A DNA stretch of 63,733 nucleotides, filler included, from Chrysochromulina tobinii (taxonomy: Eukaryota), in assembly GCA_001275005.1 (NCBI GenBank). It is 9 parts of 9 records of this genome, joined end to end, with 100 filler letters (N's around TTAATTAATTAA, not from the genome) between each part and the next. Parts side by side here need not be neighbours in the genome. Positions count along the whole stretch, not along the records: positions 58,721 to 63,733 come from JWZX01000627.1; 8 more parts are not named here. One strand, written 5' to 3'. Made by a program: the position numbers and the translations under genes. Below are positions 63,601 through 63,733 of this stretch, one piece after another (within the stretch, counting starts at the first letter, position 1; each line of letters begins with the position of its first letter). A model generated the notes under the pieces. It was not told the origin of the DNA and ran no database searches. It worked only from the letters and a program-made list of their open reading frames with translations.

Positions 63601-63733
63601 ATGCGAATCCCGATCTACTCGCAATACAATGTGCTCGCGCCCGACACGCTCACGCTGCGTTTCGACTCGTCGGTGCTGCTCTCGGCCCAGGCGATCACGC
63701 TCAGCCAGACCATTGAGATCCTCGCCACCTCGG
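60619..63733 (+). CDS. Large (>1030 aa) repeat-rich, probably extracellular protein, 3'-partial; absent from the ORF track because it has no stop in the window
   Basis: My translation of frame +1 is open from 60535 to the window end, with strong GC3 bias. Repeat A is P.LVSF.A.D...GD.L...FD..T....VD.L..F...Y.G.W.D.ST. A six-Cys module lies at 61495-61605. Repeat B is P.LP.Y.I..PET+.+.VP. The true start may lie on an upstream exon. Confidence 0.85.
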   Translation, partial: MRYPDRADDRRDDYSGEWVADSTFVVTLISVGQAAPALGTARVTVGGAIRDRDHTRPSAAGQSAMLSGNYGLDSPPALVSFVADDPFDLDAVYGAGDTLTLTLNMATNRGALLTNLTSVDGSSHEAAPESGMALVDRLFDISTPLGSNYTGHWLDDSTFRIVIIEPPDLADAPAVGITMASLKNQSNIRNRAGTTLPSTGIPVELTGDFGAVAPRLVSFKARPASATSTAYTSGTTFEVLFDKFTDRGGVSGGKLYVDSLFSFSHPIGSSYSGSWLDASTFEVTVVASGGALCSETCAHASDGTCDDGGLGAEFTRCPYGSDCTDCGPRQAARPSLDSTMLVSIAGSVRNPARTSRSATSTFRVTTDASSPTGYSSPPIVVEALAIDPIDNDTILGAGDRLRITFDRETNGYAGLPAIGAIGPLLPNRTYVDAVLAFRDVRGAPWQAPPDAHYEGEWTDTSTLLITFGEGLGNFSDTTALAALSIRPDADLRTRALVSPATTSSVAITGDFGSFAPPRVARFMARDDRSAGFDYNPGDELVITFDRATIRAAPYLVSEGGRELVDQLLAFSEVAQEHAAWVLSGLAAALGTNAKLQLALAPELVRSRNPPKIEPLLRVQPASAAAYGNVVSFGHRSEYAIQNHSSAERRPLQEPPTLALVLHGDRWAASIGTDSDATRALLAGIVPVQAELHGWLQVVSPALTHDHVYRDSDSVLRIVVPRLPEYNISVPETLRIVVPNISVSSNQNLPVPYDVTIFPTPGTFFLGGAMVESGSEVDVRERELNRTTSVHLVEDEWDDAIRVGRVAYAFVRAEEAPVPSIIDALIASLATARPHQSGGFDEQLALNRTQIRVRVPTTTQLDLELPLLPKYDIVRPETISLKVPVAAVKTRGAPTLTKPWIIRPSVGVLSVRTRPNGSLLVAVRDTILQTNGTTFVFQIASDGFAEEVGQDTAESVALIDGVLSKQNEARGWNAIIRPTLDYRSLARSADGTRVEMRIPIYSQYNVLAPDTLTLRFDSSVLLSAQAITLSQTIEILATS

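Noticed and set aside
1..63733. rRNA, tRNA or other structured RNA genes
   Set aside because: None recognised by eye. A tRNAscan-SE/Infernal run would be needed to exclude them.

Overview
This is eukaryotic nuclear DNA, not prokaryotic: GC-rich and gene-dense, with short GT-AG spliceosomal introns. Signal-plus-transit peptides on plastid proteins and 10-mer tandem repeats filling introns suggest a haptophyte, probably Chrysochromulina-like (inference). The window is nine contigs joined by artificial 100-nt spacers (N44-TTAATTAATTAA-N44), so adjacency across spacers is not evidence of linkage. Host genes include TPX2, cytochrome b5, a frameshifted carotenoid cleavage oxygenase, IspE, a CPA2 antiporter, SCP2, tubulin-tyrosine ligase, a UBC6/UBE2J-type E2, MUS81 with an N-terminal WGR-like domain, a multi-reader SET protein, an ankyrin protein, SMC6, a ClpF-like protein, an IRAK/Pelle-type kinase-RING protein (two part-copies), a PARP6/8-like fragment, secreted DNRLRE/LVIVD/LamG protein pieces, an FkbM methyltransferase and a >1000-aa repeat ORF absent from the ORF track. 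Mobile elements are the 3' half of a non-LTR retrotransposon (RNase H plus chromodomain), a DIRS-type fragment (RNase H, IQ motif, tyrosine recombinase), a decayed gag-like element with a phage-type cytosine-methyltransferase-like segment, and a possible deleted Copia. The most striking signal is in the introns. Two introns in unrelated genes on different contigs share a ~44-nt 3'-splice-site cassette, and each carries a duplicate of the adjacent downstream exon, which points to an introner-like intron-creating element. Several other introns are arrays of branch-point-like repeats. All domain calls are by-eye motif recognition, and several frameshifts may be assembly errors.
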